A program made the translations under genes and the position numbers. The notes below the pieces were generated by a model. The model saw nothing but the letters and a program-made list of their open reading frames with translations. It searched no databases and had not been told where the DNA came from. A stretch of DNA of 64,000 nt from NCBI RefSeq assembly GCF_001194135.2, contig NC_068982.1, positions 133,619,883-133,683,882 on the forward strand, written 5' to 3'. The stretch comes from Octopus bimaculoides. Its lineage: Eukaryota. Shown here one piece after another: positions 1-10,885 of the stretch (position 1 is its first letter; every line of letters begins with the position of its first letter).

Positions 1-88
1 CTGGGGCTATAGCAGAACACGCCCAAAGTGGAACTGAACGAGAAGCTATGTGGTTAGAAAGTAACCTTCTGGACTACACAGCAATGCA
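1..88 (-). mobile_element. tRNA-derived SINE family A, 5' head, cut by the window edge
   Basis: Degenerate reverse complement of the head seen at 7148-7306 and 33555-33720 (gcatggctgtgtggtaagaag...gtgtcttctactatagcc). Confidence 0.7.
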
Positions 89-102
89 ATAGTTATGGGT
101 GT

Positions 103-420
103 TTCTAACAAGCACAAGGCCTGAAATTTTGTAGGTAGGGGTTTAGTTGATTATAGTGATTCCAATACTTGAATGGTATTTTGTCTGTCTTTATGTTCTG
201 AGTTCAAATTCCGCCGAGGTAGACTTTGCCTTTCATCCTTTTGGGGTTGATAAATTAAATACTAGTTGCATACTGGGGTCGATCTAATCGACTGGACCCT
301 CCCCAAAAATTTCGGGCCTTGTGTCTAGAGTAGAAAAGAATACTTGAATGGTACTTTATTTTATTGACCCTGGAAGGATAACAGGCAAAATTGATCTCAG
401 TGGAATTTCAACTCAGAATT
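103..420 (-). mobile_element. SINE family B copy interrupted by an oppositely oriented, 5'-truncated family B copy (179-338, +) with a 15-bp TSD
   Basis: AATACTTGAATGGTA occurs at 164-178 and 339-353, flanking the plus-strand insert. The host sequence resumes on both sides. Confidence 0.8.
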
Positions 421-474
421 GAATAATAATAAGGGAAATGATGCATTTTCTGTTTCATTTGGTACATCATCAAT

Positions 475-692
475 TTCTTTTCTATTCTAGGCACATGGCC
501 TGAAATTTTTGGGGAGGGGGCCAGTCGATTAGATTGATCCCAGTAGCAACTGGTACTCAATTTGTTGACCCAGAAAGGATGAAAGGCAAAGTCAACCTCG
601 GTGGAATTTGAACTCAGAACATAAAAAACAGACGATATACCGCTACGCATTTCGCTCAGCATGCTGATGTTTCTGCCAGCTAGCCGCCTTGG
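475..692 (-). mobile_element. SINE family B, near full length
   Basis: Matches the copies at 31671-31894, 49315-49531 and 53190-53641. On the minus strand the head is tRNA-like (ggcgagctggcagaa A-box-like; gagttcaaattcc B-box-like). Confidence 0.85.
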
Positions 693-1337
693 TACATCGT
701 CAATATTACTATAAAAGTATTTTAGCTATTATTATTTGGCCTCGATTTAAATCTCATCCCAGCCATCACCACCCTCTTTTTGTTTTTCTACACATAGTAG
801 GCCTGAAGTATATTATCCAAATAAACAGTGATTTGAGAGAGATTTGACTGCTATTTCCAGCATGTCAAATGGAAACATAGAGGTTTCCTGGTTAGCTCAG
901 AGTGGTATAGTTAATTGTATCAGCTACAGGATATTACTGATATCTCTTTTATATATATATAGACTTCAAATATTTGATTGACACCTAATTTAAACTAAGA
1001 ACATAGACAAGACGAAATAGTGCAAGTCAGTTAGTCTGATGTACAAGTATTTCTACTAACTCATTACCTTATGATAAGAGATTATGTGACACAAACTTCA
1101 CACTTGTGATCTTGTATTGCAACAGGTAGCAGCTAAGTGGATAAATAATGGGTGTTGACATCTTAGTTGAAGAGTTAGGAGTTTGCATTCTGTCATATTT
1201 ATGTGCAATGTTATGAATTTAGTAGGGGTGCGTGGGGGAAAAGCACTAGATACTTGGCTCCACCAAAATTAAATAGTATAGAGGTGAAGCAGATACGAAA
1301 AGATAAATTCAGCAAAAAATAGTTGAAATGCTTATTA

Positions 1338-1680
1338 TACTGTGTGGTTGAGAAGCTGGCTTTCCAACAATGTGGTTTCATTTTCAATCTCAGTGCACAA
1401 TATTTTTGGCAAGTGTCTTTTAACGTAGTCTTTGGCTGACCAACGCATTGTGAGTGAATTTGGTAGACAAAAACTGTGCAGAAGCCAATCGTGTGTGTGT
1501 GTGTTTGTCTCCTCATTTACTCCTTGCCAACACCAGTTCAGCAAAAGAGACAACAGAATAGGTACTAGAGACTTAAAAAATACGTCCTGAGGGTTGATTT
1601 ATTCAACTAAAATCCTTCAAGGTGATGCCCCGCATGGCTGCAGTCCAATGACTAGAACAAGTAAATGATAAAAAAAATAA
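1338..1680 (+). mobile_element. SINE family A, near full length, degenerate
   Basis: tRNA-like head, internal (TG)n, and 3' part ...gcatggctgcagtccaatgactagaacaagtaaa shared with 8700-8950 and 33555-33905. Confidence 0.8.
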
Positions 1681-3948
1681 ATAGATGTGATAGACAAAGA
1701 AAATCTATCAATAAAATATGATTAAAACCAATTGTGTCAAGGAATTTTTAATTAAAAAAATTTTTTTTTTGATACTTTGCTAACCATACAGACAATTTAG
1801 TATCCAGTGGCAATCTAGTAACCAGTATGAGAGCTCAGGTTTCGCTACCTAAAACAAGGAAGATAACAAGCAAATAGTGTATAAGCTGATTTCTGATATG
1901 CTTCTTTCTGAAGAATCTGTAGAGGCTGAAATATCCGATACCCTGCCCCCTACCTTGAATTACTTCTCTATTCAATTTGATTGGAATAGAGATTACAAAC
2001 CACAGAAAAGAACCCTATGAGATAGGATGGTTCTTTCAGAGCATCTCCCTCACCATTCTTCAGAATGATGCATTGCTAGAAACAGAAAAACATCTGCAAG
2101 GTTTGCTGTAATTTATCTTTCAGTAGTCAGAATACATACTTGTGAAAAATTTAGTAGCCTTAGTGCTAAGGTAGTGCCAATATATTTAACACATACAGCA
2201 CTAAAAAGTTAACTAGAAATAACATGAAGAAGGAGCAAAATGATATTCATGTTTAAATAATTCTATTTTCCTTTGCCAATAGATTTACAATCCTGTATAT
2301 TTACTTACTGATTCTTCCATAACTAATTGACAGTTAGGGTGAAGGCTATCTTTGCTGATGAGGTCAGTATAACATCAAAACAAGTCTAAAATTATCTCCT
2401 GCATTTGCTGGCTTGACAGTAAAATTGAAGTAATACTAGTCATTGACTAATATGTTTTTTTTCCTTCACTACATGATTATTCCCAGTTAGCCTTTTAGAT
2501 GCATTAAATATGTCAACACTAGCTTACCTATCCTTACTGCTACCTACTATGTAAACAAAACTGTCAAGTGATATTAGCAATGAATGCAAGTGATGCAATA
2601 TTGACATGAAACTATCACACTAAACCCAGTGTTTAACAGTATTGTACATGTCTCCTTGCTGAGTATGTGGTAAATAAATAGATAGAAGCATCAACATTCT
2701 GTTTATAAACCATTATATTTGTTCAACCTTTTCAATAACCTTCTCGAAAACCTCAAAATATGTCTAATTTTTTCTTAATATCCTTGTTACCCTACTCCTC
2801 CAGTTCTCACTTCCGACAGCTGAGTAGATATGCTGAAATGAGTATTTACTAGTGGCATGGCAGCAATCCACATCAAAGCGAAGTTTGAATATTTTTGACA
2901 GACTAGACTGATATCTACATCACATAGCATTTTTAAAAGAATCTCTCAGTGACATGATTAAACACAAGATTGCATGGTTGTAGCTTATTTTTCTTTTTAT
3001 TGAAAAGTAGACGCATTTTAACCAGCCACTTTCTTATGATATGTAAATGTCTCTCAAGCCTCAAGAGGCCTTTAGAGGAAGGTGTTACTCTAGTTTCTTG
3101 ATACTAAGCAGATGAGAGATAAATTTCTACCTGGATAGGATATCAATCTTTCTCATGTGACATCTCTGGAGAGCCTAGTATCTATTCTCAATAGCTTGGT
3201 TGACAAAGATGAATAATATTGGTTTCAAATTTTGGCACAAGGCCAGAAAATTTGGGGGATGGGGTATGTTGATTACATCAATCTCAGTGCTCAACTGGTA
3301 ATTATTTTATCAACCCCTGAAAGATGAAAAGAAAAGTCAACCTCAGCAGAATTTGAAAGATGAACAATATTAAGTGAATTTTATTAAAGGAATATAAAAG
3401 ACAACAGGGGTGATTAAAACAAGTGAAAAATTAAGCCAATCACATAACAGGATGGGTCCTCTTAATGGGTTCTTACAGTTTTCACCTACAAAATTTCACT
3501 TCCAAGGCTACAACCAAAATCCACAAAACTGAACCCCAAACTATGGAACACACTGCATCCATGTTATATCTATACCATATATTCTTATATTTTAATAGTC
3601 TGTGCTTCTATAAGTTTGTGAACTCCTTTTGGCCCAACTGATCCCTTTCTCTCATGACCTCTATTGTATCTAATTTTCTAAACCCCATAACAAATACTTG
3701 GTTCAACTTGGAACTGAATTTTGCTACACTTTCCTCCTATTTCAGATGCATCTTTAACCATCATGGGTTTCCAACGTTTCTGTGATCTCATGACATTATC
3801 TCCCCTATACTTAAGGTATGCAACACTTTACAAACCCAATATCATCATCATCATCATCATTTAATGTCTGTTCTCCATACTGAATAATAAGCTTAAGCTT
3901 AAAATCTCTCAATACTCTTCACTAATGTGTGCGACATTCAAACTAGGT

Positions 3949-4260
3949 CAGTGTTTCTCAAACAGGATTCCATGAAATAAAAAAAATTAAAAAAATAATT
4001 CCACAAGATGAAGGATCTTCTAAGGAAATCTATCCAAAAATAATTTTATGAAAAAAAAAAAAACAGTATTTACCATTTCAAAAGCTATTGTGTGTGTGAA
4101 TTATTTTATATGAATAAATTTTCTCATTAAAACAATTTTTGTCTCATTTAATGCCTTATTAAATAACGGTGGTGGGATCATTCATAAAATAATGATACGG
4201 GTTCTGTAAATTTTGGAAGTTCCATTGCCAAAAACAGGTATCATGATACCTTGGTCTGAA
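3949..4260. mobile_element. Probable hAT-type MITE remnant
   Basis: Starts with CAGTGTTTCTCAA, the same terminus as the TSD-flanked hAT MITEs at 15661 and 60800. The right end is degenerate. Confidence 0.4.
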
Positions 4261-4287
4261 ACCATAGCTGTAAAGAATTAAAATATT

Positions 4288-4502
4288 GATTTCGAATTTT
4301 GGCACAAGGCCAGCAATTTCAGGGAAGGGAGCAAGTCAATTACATTGACCCCAGTGCCCAACTGGTACTTATTTTATCACCCGTGAAGGGATGAAAGACA
4401 AAATTGAACTCAACAGAATTTGAACTCAGAAAGTAAAGACAAATAAAATTCCACTAAGCATTTTGCCCAGCATGCTAACAATTCCACCAGTTTATCACCT
4501 TA
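4288..4502 (-). mobile_element. SINE family B, subfamily with the ...gccttgtgccaaaatt(t/c)gaaa tail
   Basis: Same body as the other B copies. The alternative tail is also seen at 3220-3360, 11285-11430 and 15085-15270. Confidence 0.8.
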
Positions 4503-6114
4503 CAATTACAATAAATATTAACTTCACTATCATAATATAGTCTTTCAGATACCACAGTCTAAGCTCACCAATTGTGTTGCTGTTCTTTATACTGACAAAC
4601 ACAGAAAAAGAAAACAAAACACAAAAACAAGCTTTGTGCTTTGAGTCAATAAAAGAAGTAAAAGAGAATTACTGCATGATACATAAATGACTTTACTGAT
4701 TAAGTGTAAGAGTAATTATATAAGAAGAAATATAATCAACATAAAACCCTAGTATCTTACTGATATTCATTTTTATTGATCCTGCTGAGTTGCAAAGCAA
4801 AATTAGCGTGCAACAGAATTTCAATGCATTATAGTAAAGCATCTTTTTTCATTGCAGATTGCTGACTGCACCAAATTTACTGCTTGATATATTTTACACG
4901 AAATTTCCACATATTCACCAATTTAGATTAGTTGTTAACAATGAACAACTCAATTCTATTTTGGGGTTTTGAATGAAATTAAATGATTTTGAAATATCAT
5001 ATACAGTACTGTCATCACCACCACCAGCTCCACTTTCAGTTAAAATACTCAATGCATCTAAATAATAATATCAAGAAGGAATCTGCACTGTTTACACTGA
5101 ACTGGTAAAAAGGAAAAAAAATTATTTAGACACCATTGTGAGTTAAAAATATATGACAACTACTTTAACTGCCCCCCCCCCTCTCCTGTCTCTCAGAACT
5201 ACAGGGTAGTTTATGTAATAATGTTAATAAATAAACCAATAATATAATTCTTTTATGCAAGCAAGGCTGGATAAATGAAATACTTGATCAACCTTTCCTA
5301 GTTAGAGCTATCCAACAATGGGTGATCAACTCAACTTATATAAAAAGCAAAAGGGTTCTGATAACTGTAGTTGTCTCTTTCTAGTAGTTCTACTACTGCT
5401 ATTATTAATATTTTTATAAGCTACATTCATGTCTTAATGATGTGTTTGTTTATCAAAGATTCCAATTTTAAAACATGCTGGCATTTAAAAAGACTTAATC
5501 AAAAAAGTCCTTCTTGAACCATGATACTGGCAAATTATATTATATTCATCGTTCAATCCATACACACATACACATGTGCATGTATACAAATATCTATAAT
5601 GTTAAAAATAATAGTTTTTACATACATGACAACAGAGAACATTAAATGAAGGACTCAAAACAGGTGCAGTTAAATATCTATAATTTGGCTGACTGTAACT
5701 TTGAAGTTGGAATAAGCAACCATTGGTGAAACTTCAGTTGCTGTCAACACACACACATACACACACTCCCATACACATATGTGGGTATATGTATGTACGC
5801 ATGTATGCATGTATATATCTATGTGTGTATGCATGTATGTTTTCATGTATGCATGAATGTGTGTGTGCGGTTTTCTTTTGCAGATTCTTTTTCTCACCTT
5901 GGATGTGTTATTGATAATTCTCATCAGTTGATATTCCTGAGCCAGTCAGGGATTGAACCTGCAATTTTTATTTTTACAATCATATTTGCTTTCCTACCAC
6001 AAGTCAATTATTCTGCAGGACAATAGTACTATCATTTTAAGGTGCAAAAAAAAAAAAAAACGCAGATAATAAATATTATTTGTGTGTGTGTGTGTGTGTG
6101 TTTATGAAGATGAT

Positions 6115-6146
<32 letters not shown>

Positions 6147-6150
<4 letters not shown>

Positions 6151-6320
6151 CCTAGTAGTTAGGTGTTGCACTAACCACTATCAGATTGTGAGTTTGATTC
6201 TCAAATCAGGCAGCGTGTTGTGTTCTTGAACAAAATACTTCATTTCACATTGCTCCAGTCCACTTAGCCGTAAATAGGTAGCTGCAACGGAATACCCTCC
6301 CTATCAGGAATAATGCCAGG
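6147..6320 (+). mobile_element. tRNA-derived SINE family G
   Basis: tagcctagtagttaggtgttgcact head, then gtgttcttgaacaaaatacttcatttcacattgctccagtccac, shared with 51461-51675. Confidence 0.7.
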
Positions 6321-6341
6321 TGTGTGTGTGTATATATATAT

Positions 6342-6461
6342 ATATAAAATTAGCGTACATTTATACACAAAAGAGGTGACCCTAACAAGACACCTTACGT
6401 GCATGTAAGGTGTCCTGTTAGGGTCACCTCTTTTGTGTATAAATGTACACTAATTTTATAT
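6342..6461. repeat. Near-perfect inverted repeat (hairpin) of about 120 bp
   Basis: Left arm taaaattagcgtacatttatacacaaaagaggtgaccctaacaagacaccttac is the reverse complement of the right arm with 2 mismatches; centre gtgcat. Confidence 0.95.
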
Positions 6462-6538
6462 GAATAATATGTTATCTATTGACTATTTTATGCATGCTAG
6501 CCACTGGTAGAAAATTTCTCTAATTTTCCTACCCTATA

Positions 6539-6540
<2 letters not shown>

Positions 6541-6582
<42 letters not shown>

Positions 6583-6690
6583 NNNNNNNNNNNNNNNNNN
6601 NNNNNNNNNNNNNNNNNNNNNNNNNNNNNNNNNNNNNNNNNNNNNNNNNNNNNNNNNNNNNNNTATATATATATATATATGCATATATAT
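6541..6690. repeat. (CT)n and (TA)n microsatellites flanking an assembly gap (N 6583-6663)
   Basis: Directly visible. Confidence 0.95.
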
Positions 6691-7972
6691 ATACGAGCCC
6701 AGGTCAAACAGCCCAACCCATGAGAGCACAGACAATGGATGTTAAATGATGAGGACATAATATACCAATATATATATATAACATACTACATGTATTTGTA
6801 AATATATCCTTTTTTTGTGAGTAACACTTAACCATTTGAAGCTGTTTAATTTGTTCCACTTTACATGATTTACTTGATAAATTATCAATTTTTTTGTATC
6901 TGAAAATTCATTCTGCTGTCATCATTGTCTTATAATGCTCAACTAATGTTTTTATGTTCATAAATTCTGATGATTAAATTAATTCTCCCTTTTTTTCATT
7001 GGTAAATCTAATCAGTATATCTAATACACTACATGTCATCAATATGGATTCAATACACTATTTGTATATACATTTATTCCACTATTAATAATTCTACTTC
7101 ATATATTATACTATATTCTAATGTTACCTGTTATATTCACATTACTGAGGCATGGCTGTGTGGTAAGAAGCTTGCTTCCCAACTTCATGATTCTGGATTT
7201 AGTCCCACTGCATGGCACCTTGGGTAAGTGTCTTCTACCATAGCCTTAGGCCAACCAAAGCCTTGTGAGTGGGTTTAGTAGACGGAAAGTGAAAGAAGCC
7301 CGTCATATACACAAGGTGTGGTGAATAAACTGTCGTCTAAATTACGCAAAAATGAAAATAACACTGACATCTCATTTTAACAGATATATTTACCAAAATC
7401 ACATAAAAATATCTTGAAATACTATTCAACCATGGCCTCCAGACGACTTTGGAATTTCCTGCAACTCTTCTGGATGGTCTCCTTGCTTAAGTTGGTGAAA
7501 GCCACCATAATCTTTGCCTTCAGTTCATATTCGGTGTTAAAAAGTTTTGTTGATCTCTCGCTCAACTGCACCCCACATACAATAATTAAGGGGGTTGCCT
7601 CTGGGGAGTTGGGTGGCCAGATGATAGGAGTGATGTAGTTGCAGAAATTATCTGACAACCATGACTGGGTTCTCCTGCTTGTGTGGCTTGGAGTAGAGTC
7701 CTGTTTCCAGACATAGGGTCTTCCAGCAGCCATCCTCTTGACCCAGGACAGCACTACCTACTCCAGGCACTTGATGTGGGCCTCTGTGTTGAGTCTGAGG
7801 CCATGTGGGAGGATGACTTCAAACACCATGATATTGACTGGATGTTTGATTTTTATCACTCTCAGTACATGTCAGATTGCACTGTCTTCAGATTGACACC
7901 CAAACACTCCGACATGTTCATATTGGAGCTTCCAGCATGAATGCCAAGCAGTACAGGATGTCATTTCCAAAT

Positions 7973-8520
7973 GGATCTTTTTTAAAACGGGGGCCACATT
8001 TTTCATTAACGAAACACTTTGAAACTTGGAACACTGGTAGAATGTGTCATATAAAACATCTTTTTCTCTTAGTCTTCTTTAAAAAAAAAGAAATCCATAA
8101 GCTATTCCATGTTAAAGTTGTCGTATTTCTGTAATTTCAACCAATCACTGACGTCCATTCAGCCGATATACATTAAGTGCCGACTACATAAACAAACGAT
8201 TCTGAAACAATTAACCCTAACCCTAACCCTAGGGTTAGGGTTAGGGTTAAAGCAAATAAAACAAAGGTATGGAGATTAAATACGCTTTACATCGCTTAAT
8301 CAGCCAAAGGAGTAAATATAAACAACTGAATACTTGTCAGTGATTGGTTGAAATTATCGAAATAAGACAATTTTTTACATGAAATAAATTCGAATACAAA
8401 AATATTTTTCTGTTCTACAACACAAAATAGATAAGTATACGAAGTTTGAAAGTCTTTCCGTACCAAAAACACTACGTAAAACATTAATGAAAAATGTGGC
8501 CCCCGTTTTAAAATAGATCC
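7973..8520. mobile_element. Non-autonomous DNA transposon (MITE), 548 bp, GG...CC termini, 8-bp TSD, central telomere-repeat palindrome
   Basis: TIR ggatct(t/a)ttttaaaacgggggccacatttttcattaa at both ends. TSD TTCCAAAT at 7965-7972 and 8521-8528. Inner inverted aatttcaaccaatcactgac / gtcagtgattggttgaaatt. Confidence 0.92.
8211..8250. repeat. Perfect 40-bp palindrome of telomeric repeat: TTAACCCTAACCCTAACCCT|AGGGTTAGGGTTAGGGTTAA
   Basis: Read directly; the first 20 nt are the exact reverse complement of the last 20 nt. Confidence 0.98.
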
Positions 8521-9039
8521 TTCCAAATTTCTGGCAGAGTGAATTACGCCATGGTGCTGTTTTTCTCACAGACAATGCTCAACTGACCCTACTATACTGT
8601 GTAGTTGACAAAATCAAAAATGAACAATGCGCATGTGCAAAATTAAAGATATAAAATGGCAACAATTTACCCATCACACCCTGTATATATATATGACGGG
8701 TTTATACATGTGTGTGTGTGTGTGTCTTTGTTGTCTGTGTCCTGTACCATTGCTTGATGACCAGTGCTGGTGTGTTTATATCCCCATAACTTAGCAATTC
8801 AGCAAAAGAGACTGGTAGAATAAGTACTAGGCTTAAAAAGAAAAAAGAAAAGAAGTACCAGGGTCAATTCATTCAACTAACAGTTCTTCAAAGCTGTGCC
8901 CCAGCATGGCTGCAGTCTAATGACTGAAACAAGTAAATGGCAAAAGGTAAATATCATGTATTCACCTTTAACTTATTTACTTATTACACTGTGAAAGGGG
9001 TCTCAGGGAGTAGTGTCCCCACTTTCCTAAGCTAGTTTT

Positions 9040-9312
9040 CCACTACATTTCTTAAAAATCATGGTAGAGGCCTTGGTCTCGGGACCACTGATGTCTAGAA
9101 GCTGAGGTTGGGGGTAAGCAAGGGCATGCTCCCCATAGAAAATCCAGCTCTAAAAAAGCCTCATGATAGCAAAGGATTATGGGCATCAGCCATCCCAAAG
9201 GTTGGGGTGGGCTGCACCTGCCTACCTCGGTTGCTATGGCATTGAGGTAGATCCGGCCACCCTCGTTAATGGGGGCAAAACCCGGATTTAAAACACTGGA
9301 TGATTATGATGA
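9040..9312 (+). mobile_element. Unclassified retroposon 3' end with a (GAT)n-like tail
   Basis: GC-richer block that ends ggatttaaaacactggatgattatgatga, resembling the (GAT)n tails of the RTE-related elements in this window. Confidence 0.4.
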
Positions 9313-10747
9313 CTGCATGCATAGTATTTCTTGCTTTAAACATAACAAAAAAAAAAAAAAAATCAGAAATAATTTAAAATCATAGATTGAAGATTCATAA
9401 GGCCAAGATGTGCTGGTACCTCCTTAAGTCTATGCAAGAAATATTGTTCATCAGGAATTTTTGCAGTGAATGTGAATAATAATACTTATTAGGTACATTT
9501 CTAGTTTTTGCACAGAATGTGTCAAATATGCTGTAAATATGCAACTTATGCATAAACTAAACTTGCTCTTCCTTGAAAAACCTTCAGGAAATGCATGTAA
9601 CCTGTTGGTAAGATCAGGTACCCATCTGTAAATATGCATATATTTTGGTAGTTTTGAATATGCATACATGTACAAGAGTGAAAATAAGCAGAGCATTTAT
9701 TGTAGAAAATAACAATGCAGAATAATGAGTGAATCATTGACTAAACACATTGTACATAGTTAAAATTAATCAAACCTGTATAATATTTGGGAGAGTTAAG
9801 TATAATTTTCCTGTAATTTTGGCATTTCTATTTACAGCCTCATACCTCTCATTAGCAACTTTCATCATGAACATTTTTCAACAATTGGATATTCATACAT
9901 ATAAGCTAAAATGTTATAATTATCACAAACATTGGCGTCATCATTAATGGCTTGAGTACTCTATTATATTGTGTGTGTGTGTGTGTGTGTGTACACTTAT
10001 CTATTTACAATCTGTCTCAATTTCTCTCTGACCCATGTAGGTACAGAAAAGTGGACATTGAATGTGTGCGAGTCTATGTATAGAGAGCTCATGTGTGTGT
10101 ATAAGCTCATGCATGTGTGTGTGAGCTTGTGTGTGTGTGATCATCATTTTAACATCTACTTTTCCATGCAGGAATTATATATCCCCTGCTATGTGTCACT
10201 ATCTTTGTATGAAGACACTTACATGAATGCAAATGACAATTTCCATGCTAGTATGAAATGAGAGCTCGCACTTTAAAGACAGCAGAAATTTCTGTTGATG
10301 CCATAATAACAGACACACGTCTTTGAACAGTTACATTTGCAAAAGAAGTCACACAAGCTTACCTGCAGATATGCACTATAGTCACCTAGATAAATTTGAA
10401 TGTACACAGATACAGCTAAAAATTTTTTTTTCTTTTTTGTTGTCTGGGAATAACTTACTTAAGTAGCATTAAGATAAATGAAATTACTAATGAATCAAAG
10501 GAATTTTAAAATAATTCACATCTGTAAAATAATAGTTATGGAAAAATAATTAAGAATTTAGTGACACATTTAGAAGAACTGAGTTTTACTGAATTAATTA
10601 TATTGAAAAAAAAATATATAAATAAAATTATATGTTTGTGGAAATAATTAACCAACAGTTAATTACTTTACAGTTTCAGATTAAGGTAAGAATATTAGAT
10701 AAATTTTTAATGTGAAAGAAAATGAATTGCAATGTCTTATTTCCTAT

Positions 10748-10885
10748 GTCACTGAACCTGCTAGAAATAGCAGCCAAGTATCCTTCAAATCACCCCCACC
10801 ACCATTTTCTATAAAAAAAGAAACATTGCAAGATGTAGTTATGGATACTCTATGTATGGAAACCTGGTCATAGTTGGAACATTTC
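10748..10885 (+). mobile_element. Unclassified interspersed repeat family D
   Basis: Motif (c)gacctgctagaaatagcagccaaat...caaatcac recurs at about 815-895(-), 19120-19315, 54485-54690, 62250-62455(-) and 62585-62670. Confidence 0.65.

Larger units (their letters stand above)
7312..8683 (-). mobile_element. Internally deleted, inactive Tc1/mariner-superfamily transposon
   Basis: Imperfect TIRs (caaggtgtggtgaataaactgt vs the reverse complement of acaatttacccatcacaccctg), with TA at the right end. The minus strand encodes transposase motifs YVWKQDSTPSHTSRRTQSWL and WPPNSP, and after a frameshift NPLNYCMWGAVE (ORF 7422-7754). Confidence 0.9.
7148..8950 (+). mobile_element. SINE family A split by a mariner insertion (head 7148-7306, tail 8684-8950)
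   Basis: The head ends at aagaagcccgtcata. The tail resumes after the mariner with (TG)n...ccagcatggctgcagtctaatgactgaaacaagt, collinear with the intact copy at 33555. Confidence 0.85.

Noticed and set aside
1950-2840. Chain of small minus-strand exon candidates at about 2.0, 2.3, 2.5 and 2.8 kb
   Set aside because: Phases can be made to fit only by choosing among several weak acceptors, and the resulting peptide is unrecognisable. This is expected by chance in AT-rich DNA.
3745-3820. Plus-strand exon-like segments with good AG/GT sites here and at about 14145-14170
   Set aside because: They lie upstream of the only plus-strand promoter candidate, the first is in probable decayed LINE sequence, and no supporting neighbouring exons were found.
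5670-6026. ORFs rich in CV, YI or HT dipeptides (also at about 23-25.7 kb, 27.5 kb, 36.0-36.4 kb and 46.5-46.9 kb)
   Set aside because: These are translations of (TG)n, (TA)n and (CA)n microsatellites, which lack stop codons in several frames.
8211-8250. Interpretation as an ancient telomere-telomere fusion site
   Set aside because: The order is (CCCTAA)n then (TTAGGG)n, the reverse of a fusion junction, and the motif lies inside a TSD-flanked transposon.
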